DNA from: Actinomycetota bacterium
GTDB lineage: Bacteria; Actinomycetota; CADDZG01; JAHWKV01
Direction: 5' to 3'
Assembly (NCBI GenBank): GCA_019347715.1
Contig: JAHWKU010000002.1
Span: 118,349 to 182,348 of the forward strand
Length of the DNA: 64,000 bases
Shown: positions 8,681 to 19,249 of the stretch, in pieces
Layout: each line of letters opens with the position of its first letter
Position numbering within the stretch: position 1 is the first letter of the stretch
Made by a program: the position numbers and the translations under genes
The notes under the pieces: generated by a model
Database searches by the model: none
Seen by the model: only the letters and a program-made list of their open reading frames with translations
What the model was told of the DNA's origin: nothing

Positions 8681-9574
8681 TTAGGCTGGCGGTGCGGGGG
8701 CCTCTGCCTCTACGTCGTCGGGCGGCGGAGTTGCGCTTTCGCCGGTCACCGGCTGGACCCACTTGTTGTAGAGGACCACCCAGGTGCCGTCGGACTTGGC
8801 CTCGCTAATGACCCCATCCACGAACTCCTTGAATCCCTCGCGCCCCTTCTTGATTCCCATCCCGTAGGGCTCCTTGGAGAACGGCTCGCCCGCAATCTGG
8901 AATTGGTCTGGGTCGTTCTTCAGGAGTCCGACCAAGATGACATCGTCAGTGGTGACGGCGTCCGCCTGGCGGTTCTGCAGCAGTTGGAAACACTGCGAAT
9001 ACCCGTCTTGCAGCACTACGTTGGCGTCGGGGGCGGCGATCCGGATGTTCTTCTCAGACGTGGAGCCCTTGGCGGAGCAAACGGTCCCCTTTTGCGAGTT
9101 GAGATCGGAAACCGATTTGATGTTTCCATCCTTTCTCACGAGCAGGCGCTGCTGGGCAACGTAGTAGACGATCGAGAAATCGATCTGCTGCTTGCGTTCC
9201 TCGTTGATTGTCATCGTCGAGATGATGAGGTCGACCTTGTCCTCCGTTAGAAATGGGATCCGGTTGGCGCTGATCGCCTCGACGAACTCAACATCAACTC
9301 CAAGTGCCTCACCGACGAGGTTGCCGAGGTCGACGTCGAAGCCTTCCGGCTGATTGGTGGCGGGGTTCAGGAATCCGAATTGCGGTACGTCGTACTTGAC
9401 GCCGATCACTATCTTGCCGCGCTCTTGGAGCTCGGCCATGTAGCTGCCCGGCTCGAATGATGGGGCGGCCTCCGGCTCTTCCGTTTCGACCGACGGATCG
9501 TCCGTCTGGCAAGCACCCATGATCATCGCAAGCACCGCCAGCACGGCGAGAATCTTGATTAGCCTTCGGCCCAT
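8681..9574 (-). CDS. Amino-acid ABC transporter substrate-binding lipoprotein (GluB-like, SBP family 3)
   Basis: Lipoprotein signal MGRRLIKILAVLAVLAMIMGAC followed by a typical SBP_bac_3 fold sequence. Confidence 0.8.
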   Translation of the reverse strand: MGRRLIKILAVLAVLAMIMGACQTDDPSVETEEPEAAPSFEPGSYMAELQERGKIVIGVKYDVPQFGFLNPATNQPEGFDVDLGNLVGEALGVDVEFVEAISANRIPFLTEDKVDLIISTMTINEERKQQIDFSIVYYVAQQRLLVRKDGNIKSVSDLNSQKGTVCSAKGSTSEKNIRIAAPDANVVLQDGYSQCFQLLQNRQADAVTTDDVILVGLLKNDPDQFQIAGEPFSKEPYGMGIKKGREGFKEFVDGVISEAKSDGTWVVLYNKWVQPVTGESATPPPDDVEAEAPAPPA

Positions 9575-9608
9575 TTTGCCTCCTTTGTTGGATAAGTCCG
9601 GATACTAC

Positions 9609-10355
9609 TCAATGACCGAGGATCTTGGAAAGAAACGCCTTTGTGCGATCTTGCTTGGGCGTGGAGAAGAACGCCTCTGGGGCCGCCTCCTCCACGACCC
9701 GGCCCTCGTCCATGAAGACGACTCGCTTAGCGGCATGTCGTGCGAAACCCATCTCATGGGTGACGACGATCATCGTCATCCCTTCCTTTGCAAGGTCCAG
9801 CATGACGTCGAGGACCTCCTTGATCATCTCCGGGTCGAGCGCAGAAGTAGGTTCGTCGAACATCATCAGTTTTGGATTCATCGCAAGCCCGCGAGCAATC
9901 GCTACCCGCTGCTGCTGCCCTCCCGAGAGCTCCGCGGGATATGAGTCTGCCTTCTCGGGGATGCCGACTTTCTCCAGGAGCTGCTCGGCCATGTTCCTCG
10001 CTTCGGCCTTCGGAACCCTCTTCACTTCGACGGGACCGAGCATTACGTTGTTGATGACGCTCAAATGAGGAAAGAGGTCGAACTGCTGAAACACCATCCC
10101 GATCTCAGACCGAAGTTTATGGATCGATCTTCCGGCCCTGGAGACGTCCTTGCCGTCGAAGTGGACTTCTCCAGAATCGACCGGCTCCAGGCCGTTAACG
10201 CAGCGCAGAAGAGTCGATTTGCCTGAGCCGGAAGGGCCGAGGACTACGACCACCTCTCCCATTCCTACGGAAAGATCGACGTCTTTAAGGACGTGAAGAC
10301 GGCCGAAGCTCTTGTTGACCTTGCTTAGTTCTACTAAAGCGCTGCCCGAGCTCAT
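9609..10355 (-). CDS. Amino-acid ABC transporter ATP-binding protein (GluA/GlnQ-like)
   Basis: Walker [13 protein letters not shown] signature [15 protein letters not shown], Walker [13 protein letters not shown]-loop. Confidence 0.9.
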   Translation of the reverse strand: MSSGSALVELSKVNKSFGRLHVLKDVDLSVGMGEVVVVLGPSGSGKSTLLRCVNGLEPVDSGEVHFDGKDVSRAGRSIHKLRSEIGMVFQQFDLFPHLSVINNVMLGPVEVKRVPKAEARNMAEQLLEKVGIPEKADSYPAELSGGQQQRVAIARGLAMNPKLMMFDEPTSALDPEMIKEVLDVMLDLAKEGMTMIVVTHEMGFARHAAKRVVFMDEGRVVEEAAPEAFFSTPKQDRTKAFLSKILGH

Positions 10356-10416
10356 GCGACGATGCTATGCCGAGACTTTCAATCGGCGCTACCATGCTTG
10401 CTCAAGCAGGAGGCAT

Positions 10417-11457
10417 ATGAAAACCCACAGTAAAGACTTCAAGCTCCTCATAGATAAATACAAAGACGATGGATGCGTCGAGCTTTCGGTCGTCCACTCC
10501 CTCGTTGAGCAAAATGACCTCGACGAGAACCAGGCCGCCGAGGTCTATGAGCGGCTCGACGCCGAGGGCATCGACGTCGAAGACGATTGCAGCACGGAAT
10601 CCGAGGAGACACGGATCAACTATGAAGACCTGGGGTCGTTTTCTGCAGACACCCTCGGGCTCTTCCTGCAGGAGATCGGCCGATTCCCCCTGCTCACTCG
10701 CGAAGAGGAAGTTGAACTGGCGGAGCGCATCGACAGAGGTGACCTCGAAGCCAAAAACTTGATGATCAACTCCAATCTTCGGCTCGTCGTTTCTATAGCA
10801 AAGAAGTATCAGGGACAGTTGTCGCTTCTCGATCTCATCCAGGAGGGAGTGCTCGGACTCATTAGAGCCGTAGAGAAGTTCGACCGCACCAAAGGATTCA
10901 AGTTTTCAACTTACGCAACATGGTGGATCCGCCAAGCCATCGGACGCGCGGTCCAAACGCAGGCGCGCACGATTCGTCTTCCGGTTCATCAGGTTGAAAG
11001 GGAGTGGAAGGTCGCACGCGTTGGGTCCGAACTCACCGAGAAGCTCGGGAGAAAGCCCACAGACGAAGAGATTGCAGCTGCCGCCGACCTAACGATCGAG
11101 CAGCTGAAGGACCTGTGGAATTCGCCAAGGATTGTGGCGAGTCTCGATCAGCCGGTTGGAGGCGAGGGAGACACTCCTCTTGGGGAACTGAGGGTGATCG
11201 CCGAACCTATTGACGGAGAGATCGAGCTAAATCTCAAAGAGGAGAGTCTAAGAACCGCATTGGCGCGGCTTACGCAACGGCAGCAAGACGTCATCAATCT
11301 GCGGTTCGGCCTCGACGGAGAGGGGCCGCTCACCTTAAAAGAAATCGGAGAGAGGCTCGGGGTCTCAAGAGAACGTGCTCGCCAAATCCAGTCCGAGGCC
11401 CTGGCGGCTTTGGCGCAGGCGCGAGAGCTTGCGGCGCTGGTACCGGTCGCCAGCTAG
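10417..11457 (+). CDS. RNA polymerase sigma-70 family factor, principal/group-1-like (regions 1.1, 1.2, 2, 3, 4 present)
   Basis: Start refined to ATG 10417, preceded by AGGAGG. The ORF-track start at 10312 would overlap the convergent ATPase gene. Conserved [33 protein letters not shown] (region 2) and [24 protein letters not shown] (region 4.2). The N-terminus resembles RpoD region 1.1. Confidence 0.8.
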   Translation: MKTHSKDFKLLIDKYKDDGCVELSVVHSLVEQNDLDENQAAEVYERLDAEGIDVEDDCSTESEETRINYEDLGSFSADTLGLFLQEIGRFPLLTREEEVELAERIDRGDLEAKNLMINSNLRLVVSIAKKYQGQLSLLDLIQEGVLGLIRAVEKFDRTKGFKFSTYATWWIRQAIGRAVQTQARTIRLPVHQVEREWKVARVGSELTEKLGRKPTDEEIAAAADLTIEQLKDLWNSPRIVASLDQPVGGEGDTPLGELRVIAEPIDGEIELNLKEESLRTALARLTQRQQDVINLRFGLDGEGPLTLKEIGERLGVSRERARQIQSEALAALAQARELAALVPVAS

Positions 11458-12111
11458 TTAGCGGGGACCAGCTCTCCGTGCTCGTCGAATCGATCGAGCT
11501 CCTGGGGCCCGTGCTTTCTCAGCTCGTCGATGGCTTTCTCCACGGCAGCAGCGTCGCCGGAATGTACCCCGACCAGAACCCTGCCTTCGGATAGCTCGTC
11601 GCGGTAGCGCATCTTCCAGAAGCCTCCGATCACGGCGCCCCCAGTTGCTCCGGCCGCGGCCGCGCCGGCCGTCGCTCCCCAGATCCCGGCCCCTACGGCG
11701 GGGCCGATGCCGGGAATGCCGAATGCGATTGCCCCCGCGATAAAGCCAAGGGTGGCGCCGGCAGTCCCGCCGATAGCAGACCCCTTTGCAACTCCGCCTC
11801 CTACCTCCGAGACGGTCTCGGCATCCTCCTGGCGCATCCGATCTGGAGGAACGTCATGACCGGCATGCGAGGCAGCCTCCTCTTCGTCGTGGCGCTCTGC
11901 GGGCGTGAAGGTCTCTTCGGTTCCTCGGGCAAGAAACGAGATGGACTTCTCTTCGATCCCGGCACTCTTCAACGAGTCGATTGCATGACGTGCGGTCTCC
12001 GGGTCGGCAAACGAGGCGATGACGTTGTGTTTCTCGAAGCTCTGTTCGGTTTGGTCTGTGGTTTCTTCCTCGCCGGAGGTTTTGACTTCCTTTTCGTCCA
12101 TGAATCGGTGG
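11454..12111 (-). CDS. General stress protein-like (YflT/DUF1269-type) with glycine-zipper membrane segment
   Basis: Start refined to MDEKEVK at ATG 12109-12111 (complement). N-terminal [20 protein letters not shown] and C-terminal [24 protein letters not shown] repeats resemble stress-protein domains. Long Gly/Ala-rich hydrophobic zipper in between. Confidence 0.45.
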
Positions 12112-12156
12112 TACCCCGGTGGCAGGCAAGGCAAACAAAAGGGGTAAATAGCCCTT

Positions 12157-12939
12157 GTGAGAATCCTTCTAGGCACCTCAGGCTGGCAATACCGTGACTG
12201 GAAGAGCACGTTTTATCCCAAGGAAGTTACGCAGAGTGAGTGGCTGGAACACTACGCGCAGAACTTTCGCACCGTCGAGGTCAACAACACCTTCTACCGC
12301 TTGCCCGAGCGCAAAACTTTTGAGGACTGGCGCGCAAGAACGCCTGACGATTTCATCTTCACGATCAAGGCCAGCCGTTACCTGACTCACATCAAGAGGC
12401 TTCAAGAACCGCAGGAGCCGGTCTCGAGATTGATGGATCGCGCCGCCGGCCTTGGGTCAAAGCTCGGGACGGTGCTGCTTCAGCTTCCTCCCACTTTGCA
12501 GAAGGATGGAGCCGCACTCGCAGAGACGCTCGATGCGTTCGGCAGTTCCGTTCAGATCGTGATGGAGTTCAGACACGCCTCTTGGTTCGATGAAGAGATC
12601 CGGCACTTGTTAGAAGACAAGGGTGCTTCATTCTGCATGGCCGACCGCGGTTCCCGTGCGATCACGCCAATCTGGCGGACCGATTCCGTCCTGTACCTGC
12701 GTTTCCATGAGGGCCGTGCAAACCCGCGGCCATGTTACGGGAGGGATTCGCTTGCCGGCTGGGTCGATCGGATCAGCGGGCTCGCCAGGAAAGAAGACGA
12801 TGTCTATGTCTACTTCAACAACGACACCCGCGCCTGCGCGATCAGAGACGCGGGTGTCTTTGCAAAGCTGGCATCGGAGCGCGGCATGGAGGTGACCAGA
12901 GCTCCCGATTCGATCCAGGTTCATGGGGTAACGAATTGA
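12157..12939 (+). CDS. DUF72 (YecE/UPF0759) domain protein
   Basis: GTG start. N-terminal ILLGTSGWQYRDW...FYP...VEVNNTFYRLP is the hallmark of DUF72. Confidence 0.8.
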   Translation: MRILLGTSGWQYRDWKSTFYPKEVTQSEWLEHYAQNFRTVEVNNTFYRLPERKTFEDWRARTPDDFIFTIKASRYLTHIKRLQEPQEPVSRLMDRAAGLGSKLGTVLLQLPPTLQKDGAALAETLDAFGSSVQIVMEFRHASWFDEEIRHLLEDKGASFCMADRGSRAITPIWRTDSVLYLRFHEGRANPRPCYGRDSLAGWVDRISGLARKEDDVYVYFNNDTRACAIRDAGVFAKLASERGMEVTRAPDSIQVHGVTN

Positions 12940-12941
12940 CC

Positions 12942-13562
12942 ATGAGAAAGAATCCCGCTCCCGAGTTGTTGGAAAGGGGAGCCTCCCTCGATGAGGTGGC
13001 GGAGTCAGCCAGAGGATGTACCGCTTGCGATCTCTACAAGAACGCAACTCAAACTGTCTTTGGTGAAGGGTCGGCGCGCGCTGAGGTGATGCTTGTGGGG
13101 GAGCAGCCTGGTGATCAGGAGGACGTGTCCGGCGAGCCTTTCGTCGGGCCAGCCGGCAAGCTGCTCGATCGAGCCCTGGAGGAAGCGGGCATCGACAGAC
13201 GTAAGACCTACGTCACAAACGTCGTGAAGCACTTCAAGTGGATGCCCAAAGGGAAACGCCGCATCCACAAGAAACCCAATCGTGAAGAGATCACCGCGTG
13301 CAGGCCTTGGCTCGAGGCTGAGATCGCTCTGGTGAAGCCGAGAGTGGTGGTTTGCCTAGGAGCAACGGCCGCCCAGGCGCTGTTGGGAGCGTCCTTTCGG
13401 GTGACTAAGGACCGAGGCAAGTTCGTCGAGTGGGATCTCGAGCCAATGGTCACGGCTACGGTGCATCCCTCCTCGATCCTGAGAGCGGACGACCAGCGGA
13501 GGGCCTCCGAATTCGCCGCGCTGGTCGCGGATCTGAAGGGGGTTGCGGGGGCCCTGAAGTAG
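12942..13562 (+). CDS. Uracil-DNA glycosylase family 4, UdgX-like (KRRIH R-loop present)
   Basis: Start refined to ATG 12942, 3 nt after the DUF72 stop. Motif A-like GEGS, VGEQPGDQED, GEPFVGPAGKLL and motif B HPSSILR match family-4 UDG. The insertion WMPKGKRRIHKKPN matches the KRRIH loop that defines covalent-crosslinking UdgX. Confidence 0.75.
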   Translation: MRKNPAPELLERGASLDEVAESARGCTACDLYKNATQTVFGEGSARAEVMLVGEQPGDQEDVSGEPFVGPAGKLLDRALEEAGIDRRKTYVTNVVKHFKWMPKGKRRIHKKPNREEITACRPWLEAEIALVKPRVVVCLGATAAQALLGASFRVTKDRGKFVEWDLEPMVTATVHPSSILRADDQRRASEFAALVADLKGVAGALK

Positions 13563-13737
13563 CTGGGCTGGAAGGAACTGCTGGCCCGTGCCCTGGGACA
13601 AATGGGGTAATCCAGACATCAAGCTTTGTGCTTGCTTAACAAAACTACTGCTTCGCTGATACGCTCCCACATACAAAAGGCAACTGGCGGCTGGGGCCCC
13701 CATGCCATGAGGCGGGGTCGGGAGCCAGGGAGTCCAA

Positions 13738-14313
13738 GTGGCCGAGGCGATCATCGAAAACCGAAGGTTGGGTTCGTCCGAGCCGCAAGCGGCTCCCGTT
13801 GCCATTTCGCCAACCGCATACCGGCCATTCACTAAGAAACTCGTCGCCTCCCTTACTGCCCTTGGAGGAGTCCTCACTTTGGGCGGTGGGCTGGGGACCT
13901 GGATCAGAGTTGCAGAGCAGGAAACTTCTCGCAGCCCGTTCCTCGAAGTTGAAGCCGTCATGGGATACACGGACCCCCTCGGTTTGGCTCTGGCGGCGCT
14001 CGGTGTCCTGGCCATCGCCGGCGCCTTTGCGTGGGGGATGAAGGGCTGGCTGCCGAAGTTGATCCCCACAATCGCGACCCTTGCAGTTGCTGGAATCACT
14101 CTGGTGAAGGTGCCGATCCTCTCCCGAGATGCAGACTCGATGTTCCAGAGAGGATTGCAGGGATTGGAGTCGCTGGAGCAACCGTTTCATTCGATGCACG
14201 CCGGCTTCGGTTGGGGAGTCTGGATGTTGATAGCCGGAGCAGTGGTGCTCCTTCTTGGCATGGTCGCCGGAGTATTGCGCGAGTTGGACCTCAGGAAGGG
14301 GGTCGGAGGATGA
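13738..14313 (+). CDS. Hypothetical small membrane protein (4 predicted TM helices); first gene of a Liv-like ABC operon
   Basis: ORF with hydrophobic segments. Stop overlaps the ATG of the downstream SBP gene (ATGA). Start position uncertain. Confidence 0.4.
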   Translation: MAEAIIENRRLGSSEPQAAPVAISPTAYRPFTKKLVASLTALGGVLTLGGGLGTWIRVAEQETSRSPFLEVEAVMGYTDPLGLALAALGVLAIAGAFAWGMKGWLPKLIPTIATLAVAGITLVKVPILSRDADSMFQRGLQGLESLEQPFHSMHAGFGWGVWMLIAGAVVLLLGMVAGVLRELDLRKGVGG

Positions 14314-15800
14314 AGCGATTTGCGGTGGTGCTCGTCATCCTTAGCATGGTGGCGCTCGCCTGCACCTCGGGAGGAAGAACCGCCATCGTCGAAGTGAAGG
14401 AGGTCGGGGTACAGGCCGGTGCGGCCGCTTCCGACGACGCCAATCTTTCCGAGGGAGGCGCCGGCTCGGTGAGTATCGGCGGGCCGGGTACTATCGGTAC
14501 CCGAACGACTGGAGGCGGGGGCGCAGATCCGAAGTGCGCTACCAACGCCAACGCGGAACAGGGTTTCACGGCCACCACGATGAAATGGGGCACGATTGTC
14601 CCACTGACCGGTGCGCTGCGTCCGCTCGGAGAGCAAACCGCCCGCGTTATGAAGGTGGCGTCGGAGACCTGGCTCAACTCGATCACCAAGATCCCCGGCC
14701 CATACGATCTCGATTGGGGATGTTCTCAGCGGCCCGGTATCTACGGTCGCAAAGTCGAGTTGAAAGTCCTCTCACTGTCTCAGAACAACCAGGACGAGGC
14801 CTTCCAGCAGATGCGAAGGCTGATCGACGTCGAAAATGTCTTTCTCGTCCGTGACTGCTACCTGCAATCGAACCTCATGGGTCCCGCAACCGGCTATCAG
14901 AATCAGAAGGGAGTCCCGGGGGTTTGGTGTTCTTATTCAGAGATGCCGTTGCCTAGACTCGACAAATGGAACTTCTCGCCGGGCGTGGACCCACTCAAGG
15001 TGACCGGCGTCAATGTCGGATACATGCTCCATACGCTGAAAAAGCAACGTCTGGGAATCATCGCGGACCCATCGATCAAAGATCTCCACGTTGCGGTCAC
15101 CAAGAAGATCTATCGCCACATTCATGGCCGGGAAATTCCCGATGGCTGCATCATTTTGAAGCAGGCCCAACAAGCTCAGAACGGCATGGAGACTGAGATC
15201 GCGCAGCTGCGCACCTGCTACAACGGGCAGAGCCCGGACTCGATCGTCGCGATGGATGTTTTGAACGCTGCGTTCGGGGCCTTGGAGGCAAAGGACCAGG
15301 GATGGACTCCCGACCAGGTCCAGTGGGCATGTCTCACCTGTTGGGTCAAAGCTGTCGCTGAACTATGCGGCGACGCCTGTACCAACATGATCACCGATTG
15401 CCAGGCTCTTCCGTGCATCCCGTGGGCCGATCGCGAAAGGTACCCGGCCGCAGGTACTCTGCGCGACACCTGGAGTCAGTACCTGTCCAGGGATCCCGAG
15501 GACATTCTTACTTATGGTCCGGCCGCCATCACCGGGGGATTGGGACTGTGGCTTGGGATGACCGGGCCCGAACTCTCCCGGGAAAAGTTGCGTCACACCC
15601 TGGAGAATCTCAAGAATTGGGATGCCGGGATCGGTCCCGTCCTCAATACCAGTCCTGAAGATCACTATGGGGGTAAAAGTGTGTGGCTCATGAAGTTCAC
15701 CGGCACGGCGAATTCACCCATGCCGTGGTTCGACGACATATCGGGACGATTCGTGCCTCTGTCCGAAGTTAACGTTCCCGAGTCTCTGACGAGGACTTGA
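14310..15800 (+). CDS. Divergent ABC transporter substrate-binding lipoprotein (type I periplasmic-binding fold, Leu/Ile/Val-binding-like)
   Basis: Start refined to ATG 14310 (MKRFAVVLVILSMVALAC lipobox). Gly/Thr-rich linker, then TMKWGTIVPLTGALRPLGEQTARVMKVASE..., like the LivK N-terminus. Paralogous to the 28819-30654 product in its C-terminal region. Followed by LivHMGF-type genes. Confidence 0.5.
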   Translation: MKRFAVVLVILSMVALACTSGGRTAIVEVKEVGVQAGAAASDDANLSEGGAGSVSIGGPGTIGTRTTGGGGADPKCATNANAEQGFTATTMKWGTIVPLTGALRPLGEQTARVMKVASETWLNSITKIPGPYDLDWGCSQRPGIYGRKVELKVLSLSQNNQDEAFQQMRRLIDVENVFLVRDCYLQSNLMGPATGYQNQKGVPGVWCSYSEMPLPRLDKWNFSPGVDPLKVTGVNVGYMLHTLKKQRLGIIADPSIKDLHVAVTKKIYRHIHGREIPDGCIILKQAQQAQNGMETEIAQLRTCYNGQSPDSIVAMDVLNAAFGALEAKDQGWTPDQVQWACLTCWVKAVAELCGDACTNMITDCQALPCIPWADRERYPAAGTLRDTWSQYLSRDPEDILTYGPAAITGGLGLWLGMTGPELSREKLRHTLENLKNWDAGIGPVLNTSPEDHYGGKSVWLMKFTGTANSPMPWFDDISGRFVPLSEVNVPESLTRT

Positions 15801-17218
15801 TGAGAAAGCTGGTAGCGGTAGTCGTCCTTTCCGTCATTCTCGTCATGGGCGCATCACCGACCCATGCCGTGGAAGAGGAACTTACTCACGGAGTGGGGGC
15901 AAGGGCATACGCCTACAAGATCTCCGTGACCAAAGAAGTCATCCAGATCGACGGCCAGGTCCCATGCGATCCGGAAACAGACCCCTACGGATGTGACAAC
16001 CAGCAATACAACCAGACCCTCAATTGTCAGCCGACTATTGCGCTTGGAAAGGGTGGCCTCATTCCAATGGCACCGCCGCCGGGAGGCACCCCGAGAACTG
16101 GCGGTGCGGGGGACGAGGCCGGACAGGCTCCTGAAAACCGGGAGCCCCCCGGTGCCAGCCCGGTAAAGCTCAATGAGCTTTTGGCGGTGGGATCGATCTC
16201 GCGCGCCGGATCCGTCCTCGGTTCCTCAGGGCTTGCCAGCGACACCTACGTCGATCAGTCTGGCCGGTCCAACCCAGAGGCCCATTCGGAAAGCGATGGT
16301 TTTGTTGCGAACAAGAACGAATACGAAGAGCGCTGCGATCCTGCCACCAGCACCAGCTCATACGTTCATCCTTTAACGTGGTCGAAAGAAACCCCGGAGG
16401 CCTTTTCGTTCGTTGAGTGCAAGGGCGACGACTGTTCGCAAAGTGGGGCGGCGGGTATACCTCGCCCGAGTGCTCGGCACGCCCTCGCCGCCGTTCACTT
16501 GAGCGAGTCCGGAGGGAAGGTGACCGGGAAGCTGCGGGCGTTCGTGTCCGAGATGGGTGGGAGTCAGGGGGCCAACTCTCTTTCCGTCGACTACGTCGCC
16601 ACTTACGTTTCATTCGAATCGGACGGAACTCCCGAGGGGATGAAATGGTCGGCCGTGACTGTGGCCTCAGGTGTTCGCATTAACGGAGTGCCGGTTAGTC
16701 TCTCCCAGGGGCAGACGGTCGGGACCGATGCCTTCTTCGTCGGAGTCGCCGGCCCGTATGTAATCTCGAAGAAAGACGGAACCGAGCTGAAGATCTATGC
16801 CCCAGGGATGTTCTACGGCACCGAGACGCAGACTACGTACGTCGGGGGAGCGGAACTCATTGCAGGATTGGGGAGGGCCCCCGTTTTCGATTTCCTGAGT
16901 TCACCATTTGCGAACGAAGGCGAGACCATCTCATTCACCCGCCCCGGCCCCCCCGCTTTTGGAACGAACGAAACTGCACCGGCAGCGGGCCCCGAGGTCC
17001 CACCAGAGGTGACGACCGGGCCCGAAGGCCCTGCATTTGCGGTCAAGGAGATGTCTGCTGGTCCTTGGCCCCTGATCAGTCTGTTAGCTGCGGGGGGACT
17101 GGCATTGACCGTTCTGCTGTTCGGCTGGATCCAGAGGTTCGCGTGGGGCAGACGGTTGTTCGAAGTTCAGCCCCTTAGATCGGCCAACTGGATGTATCGG
17201 GCGTTCGTCAGGACCTGA
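15800..17218 (+). CDS. Secreted Cys-rich protein with C-terminal TM anchor (hypothetical, embedded in ABC operon)
   Basis: TGATG stop/start overlap with the upstream gene. Signal peptide MRKLVAVVVLSVILVMGASPTHA, several Cys in the mature region, Pro-rich linker and C-terminal hydrophobic anchor LISLLAAGGLALTVLLFGW. Confidence 0.55.
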   Translation: MRKLVAVVVLSVILVMGASPTHAVEEELTHGVGARAYAYKISVTKEVIQIDGQVPCDPETDPYGCDNQQYNQTLNCQPTIALGKGGLIPMAPPPGGTPRTGGAGDEAGQAPENREPPGASPVKLNELLAVGSISRAGSVLGSSGLASDTYVDQSGRSNPEAHSESDGFVANKNEYEERCDPATSTSSYVHPLTWSKETPEAFSFVECKGDDCSQSGAAGIPRPSARHALAAVHLSESGGKVTGKLRAFVSEMGGSQGANSLSVDYVATYVSFESDGTPEGMKWSAVTVASGVRINGVPVSLSQGQTVGTDAFFVGVAGPYVISKKDGTELKIYAPGMFYGTETQTTYVGGAELIAGLGRAPVFDFLSSPFANEGETISFTRPGPPAFGTNETAPAAGPEVPPEVTTGPEGPAFAVKEMSAGPWPLISLLAAGGLALTVLLFGWIQRFAWGRRLFEVQPLRSANWMYRAFVRT

Positions 17219-17219
17219 G

Positions 17220-18146
17220 ATGACGCTTGCGATCAACCCCATCGAGGTTGCGAGTTTCGGCATCTCTGCAGGAGCAGTGTTCGGCCTTCTGGCCTTGGGT
17301 CTTGTTCTGATCTACCGCACCACCGGAGTCATGAATTTCGGCCACTGGGCTATCGGATTGGTGGCCGTGGTCTCATACGCTTGGCTGACCGGTGAAGGGA
17401 TGCTGCCCCAGGCCGCGCTGCCTATCTGTCTGCTCTTGGCGATGGGGGCAGGTGTGGCCGCTTACCGTTTGGTTTTCAAGCGGATCGCTCGCTCCAACCA
17501 GATTATCGTGATCCTGGTCGCCGTCGGGATCGCGCAGTTTTATTCATCCCTGGCTGCGCTGGTTCTGGGCTTCCGTCCTTTTACGCGACTGCCTCCGTGG
17601 CTGCCGATGGCCACACTCGAGGTGGCTGGGATGAGACTGCGAATGTCCGACGTTTACACGATTGGGGTTGGACTTGCGATCGCCGTGGGTTTCTTCTTCT
17701 GGTTCAGAGTTTCGCGATCCGGCCAGGCTCTAAGAGCCGTAGCTCAGAACCGTGAAGCCGCAGTTCTTGCCGGAATCGATGATGTCCGGTATTCGTCGCT
17801 TGCGTGGGCAATCGGATCGGGCCTCGCTGCACTTGCTCTTTTGATCATCATGCCCCACTCAGCCGGCCAACAAGGGGGCCTCATCACCACCTTCGACCTG
17901 ACTCCCCTCGGGACGCTTCTCATCCCGGCGTTCGGTGCCGCGCTGGTTGGGGGCCTGGTGAACCTTCCGATGGCCTTGGTGGGGGGGGTTTTCTTCGGAC
18001 TCACCAGGGAGTTCCTGGTGCTGGCTCCCGCTCCGTGGAGTGAACTGAGAACGAGCGTCGCCGCGATCCTCATCGTCGTTCTGCTTCTGCTTCGGACGGA
18101 GCGATTCTTCGCTACACGCCAGGAGCTGGAGGCGCTCGAAGCGTGA
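17220..18146 (+). CDS. Branched-chain amino-acid ABC transporter permease (LivH-like)
   Basis: Typical LivH N-terminus and 8-9 TM helices. ATG 2 nt after the upstream stop. Confidence 0.8.
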   Translation: MTLAINPIEVASFGISAGAVFGLLALGLVLIYRTTGVMNFGHWAIGLVAVVSYAWLTGEGMLPQAALPICLLLAMGAGVAAYRLVFKRIARSNQIIVILVAVGIAQFYSSLAALVLGFRPFTRLPPWLPMATLEVAGMRLRMSDVYTIGVGLAIAVGFFFWFRVSRSGQALRAVAQNREAAVLAGIDDVRYSSLAWAIGSGLAALALLIIMPHSAGQQGGLITTFDLTPLGTLLIPAFGAALVGGLVNLPMALVGGVFFGLTREFLVLAPAPWSELRTSVAAILIVVLLLLRTERFFATRQELEALEA

Positions 18147-19249
18147 GTACCGCCGTCGAGACCCCGGAAGTTCCGGAACAGGTCATAGAGGCGCCCAGCA
18201 CGGTCGCCACGAAAAAGAACCGTCGCAATCAGATCATCGCGCTAGGTGCCCTTGCGGCACTCGGGGCCGTGCCGATTCCCTTCGGGGACTACGGTTTTTT
18301 CATCGGTCAATACGCCGCGGTTTACGCCATGCTCGGTCTTTCGGTCACGATAGTGACGGGTTACGCGGGACTGATCTCCCTCATGCCGTACACCTTCGCC
18401 GGACTTGGTGCAGTTATGACGGGACTGATCATGACCGGGTGGGGCTGGCCATTTTGGCTGGCCGCACCGATGGCGGCTCTAGCGACTCTTCCGGTATCGC
18501 TTGTGGTCGGCATGGCATCGGTGCGTTTGAAGACCCTCTACCTTGCGATTGCAACCCTCACGTTTTCTACCGCACTTGGCGAAACGTTCTTTCGCTGGGA
18601 CCTCGTTACCGGTGGGCGCATCGGTTGGACTGTCGCCTCCCCGCAACTCGGCCCGATCGACTTCGGCACCGACTTGAACTTTTATCTCCTTTGTCTTCTC
18701 GTTGTACTCGGTCTCGTTTGGATGACGGAAGGCCTGCGCACCTCGCGCCTCGGCCGGGCCATGCTTGCGGTTAGGGATAACGAGCTGGAGGCACAGGCGC
18801 TTGGAATCAATGTCTACAAGACGAAGCTCGCCGCCTTCGTCCTGAGCGGCATGATGGCAGGCTTCGGTGGCGCTTTCCTTGCAGTGCTTCTCGGCAATGT
18901 CTCCCCTGGTGGTTACCAGTCTCCGGTCGCTGAGGTAACCTCCATCCTTCTGGTATCCCTGGTTGTGATCGGCGGTATCGACCGGGCTTGGGGCGCCTTC
19001 TTCGGTGCTATCTCGCTTGTAGTGCAGTCACAGGTCTTCCAGGGAGCGAGATTCTTCTTCCCATTCTTCGGGATGTACTCGGCGTTCTTCCTCATCCTGT
19101 TCCTTCTGTTCCGTCCAGGCGGACTGGTGCAGGTATCGAAGATCACTACCGAACTGGTTAAGCGCCGGCCGGTGTTTGGACTGGCCGTAGTGCTCGTAAC
19201 TGTTGCACTGAACCTCGGGATCGCCTACATCTTCATAAGGGCCTCGTGA
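18143..19249 (+). CDS. Branched-chain amino-acid ABC transporter permease (LivM-like)
   Basis: LivM-type permease with N-terminal extension. 4-nt overlaps with both neighbours. Confidence 0.8.
   Translation: MSTAVETPEVPEQVIEAPSTVATKKNRRNQIIALGALAALGAVPIPFGDYGFFIGQYAAVYAMLGLSVTIVTGYAGLISLMPYTFAGLGAVMTGLIMTGWGWPFWLAAPMAALATLPVSLVVGMASVRLKTLYLAIATLTFSTALGETFFRWDLVTGGRIGWTVASPQLGPIDFGTDLNFYLLCLLVVLGLVWMTEGLRTSRLGRAMLAVRDNELEAQALGINVYKTKLAAFVLSGMMAGFGGAFLAVLLGNVSPGGYQSPVAEVTSILLVSLVVIGGIDRAWGAFFGAISLVVQSQVFQGARFFFPFFGMYSAFFLILFLLFRPGGLVQVSKITTELVKRRPVFGLAVVLVTVALNLGIAYIFIRAS

Noticed and set aside
13356-14199. Long minus-strand ORFs (247 aa and 184 aa) antisense to the UdgX-like gene and the small membrane protein gene
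   Set aside because: Products are low-complexity and Ala/Pro/Arg-rich with no family resemblance, as expected for GC-rich antisense frames. They fully overlap well-supported plus-strand genes.
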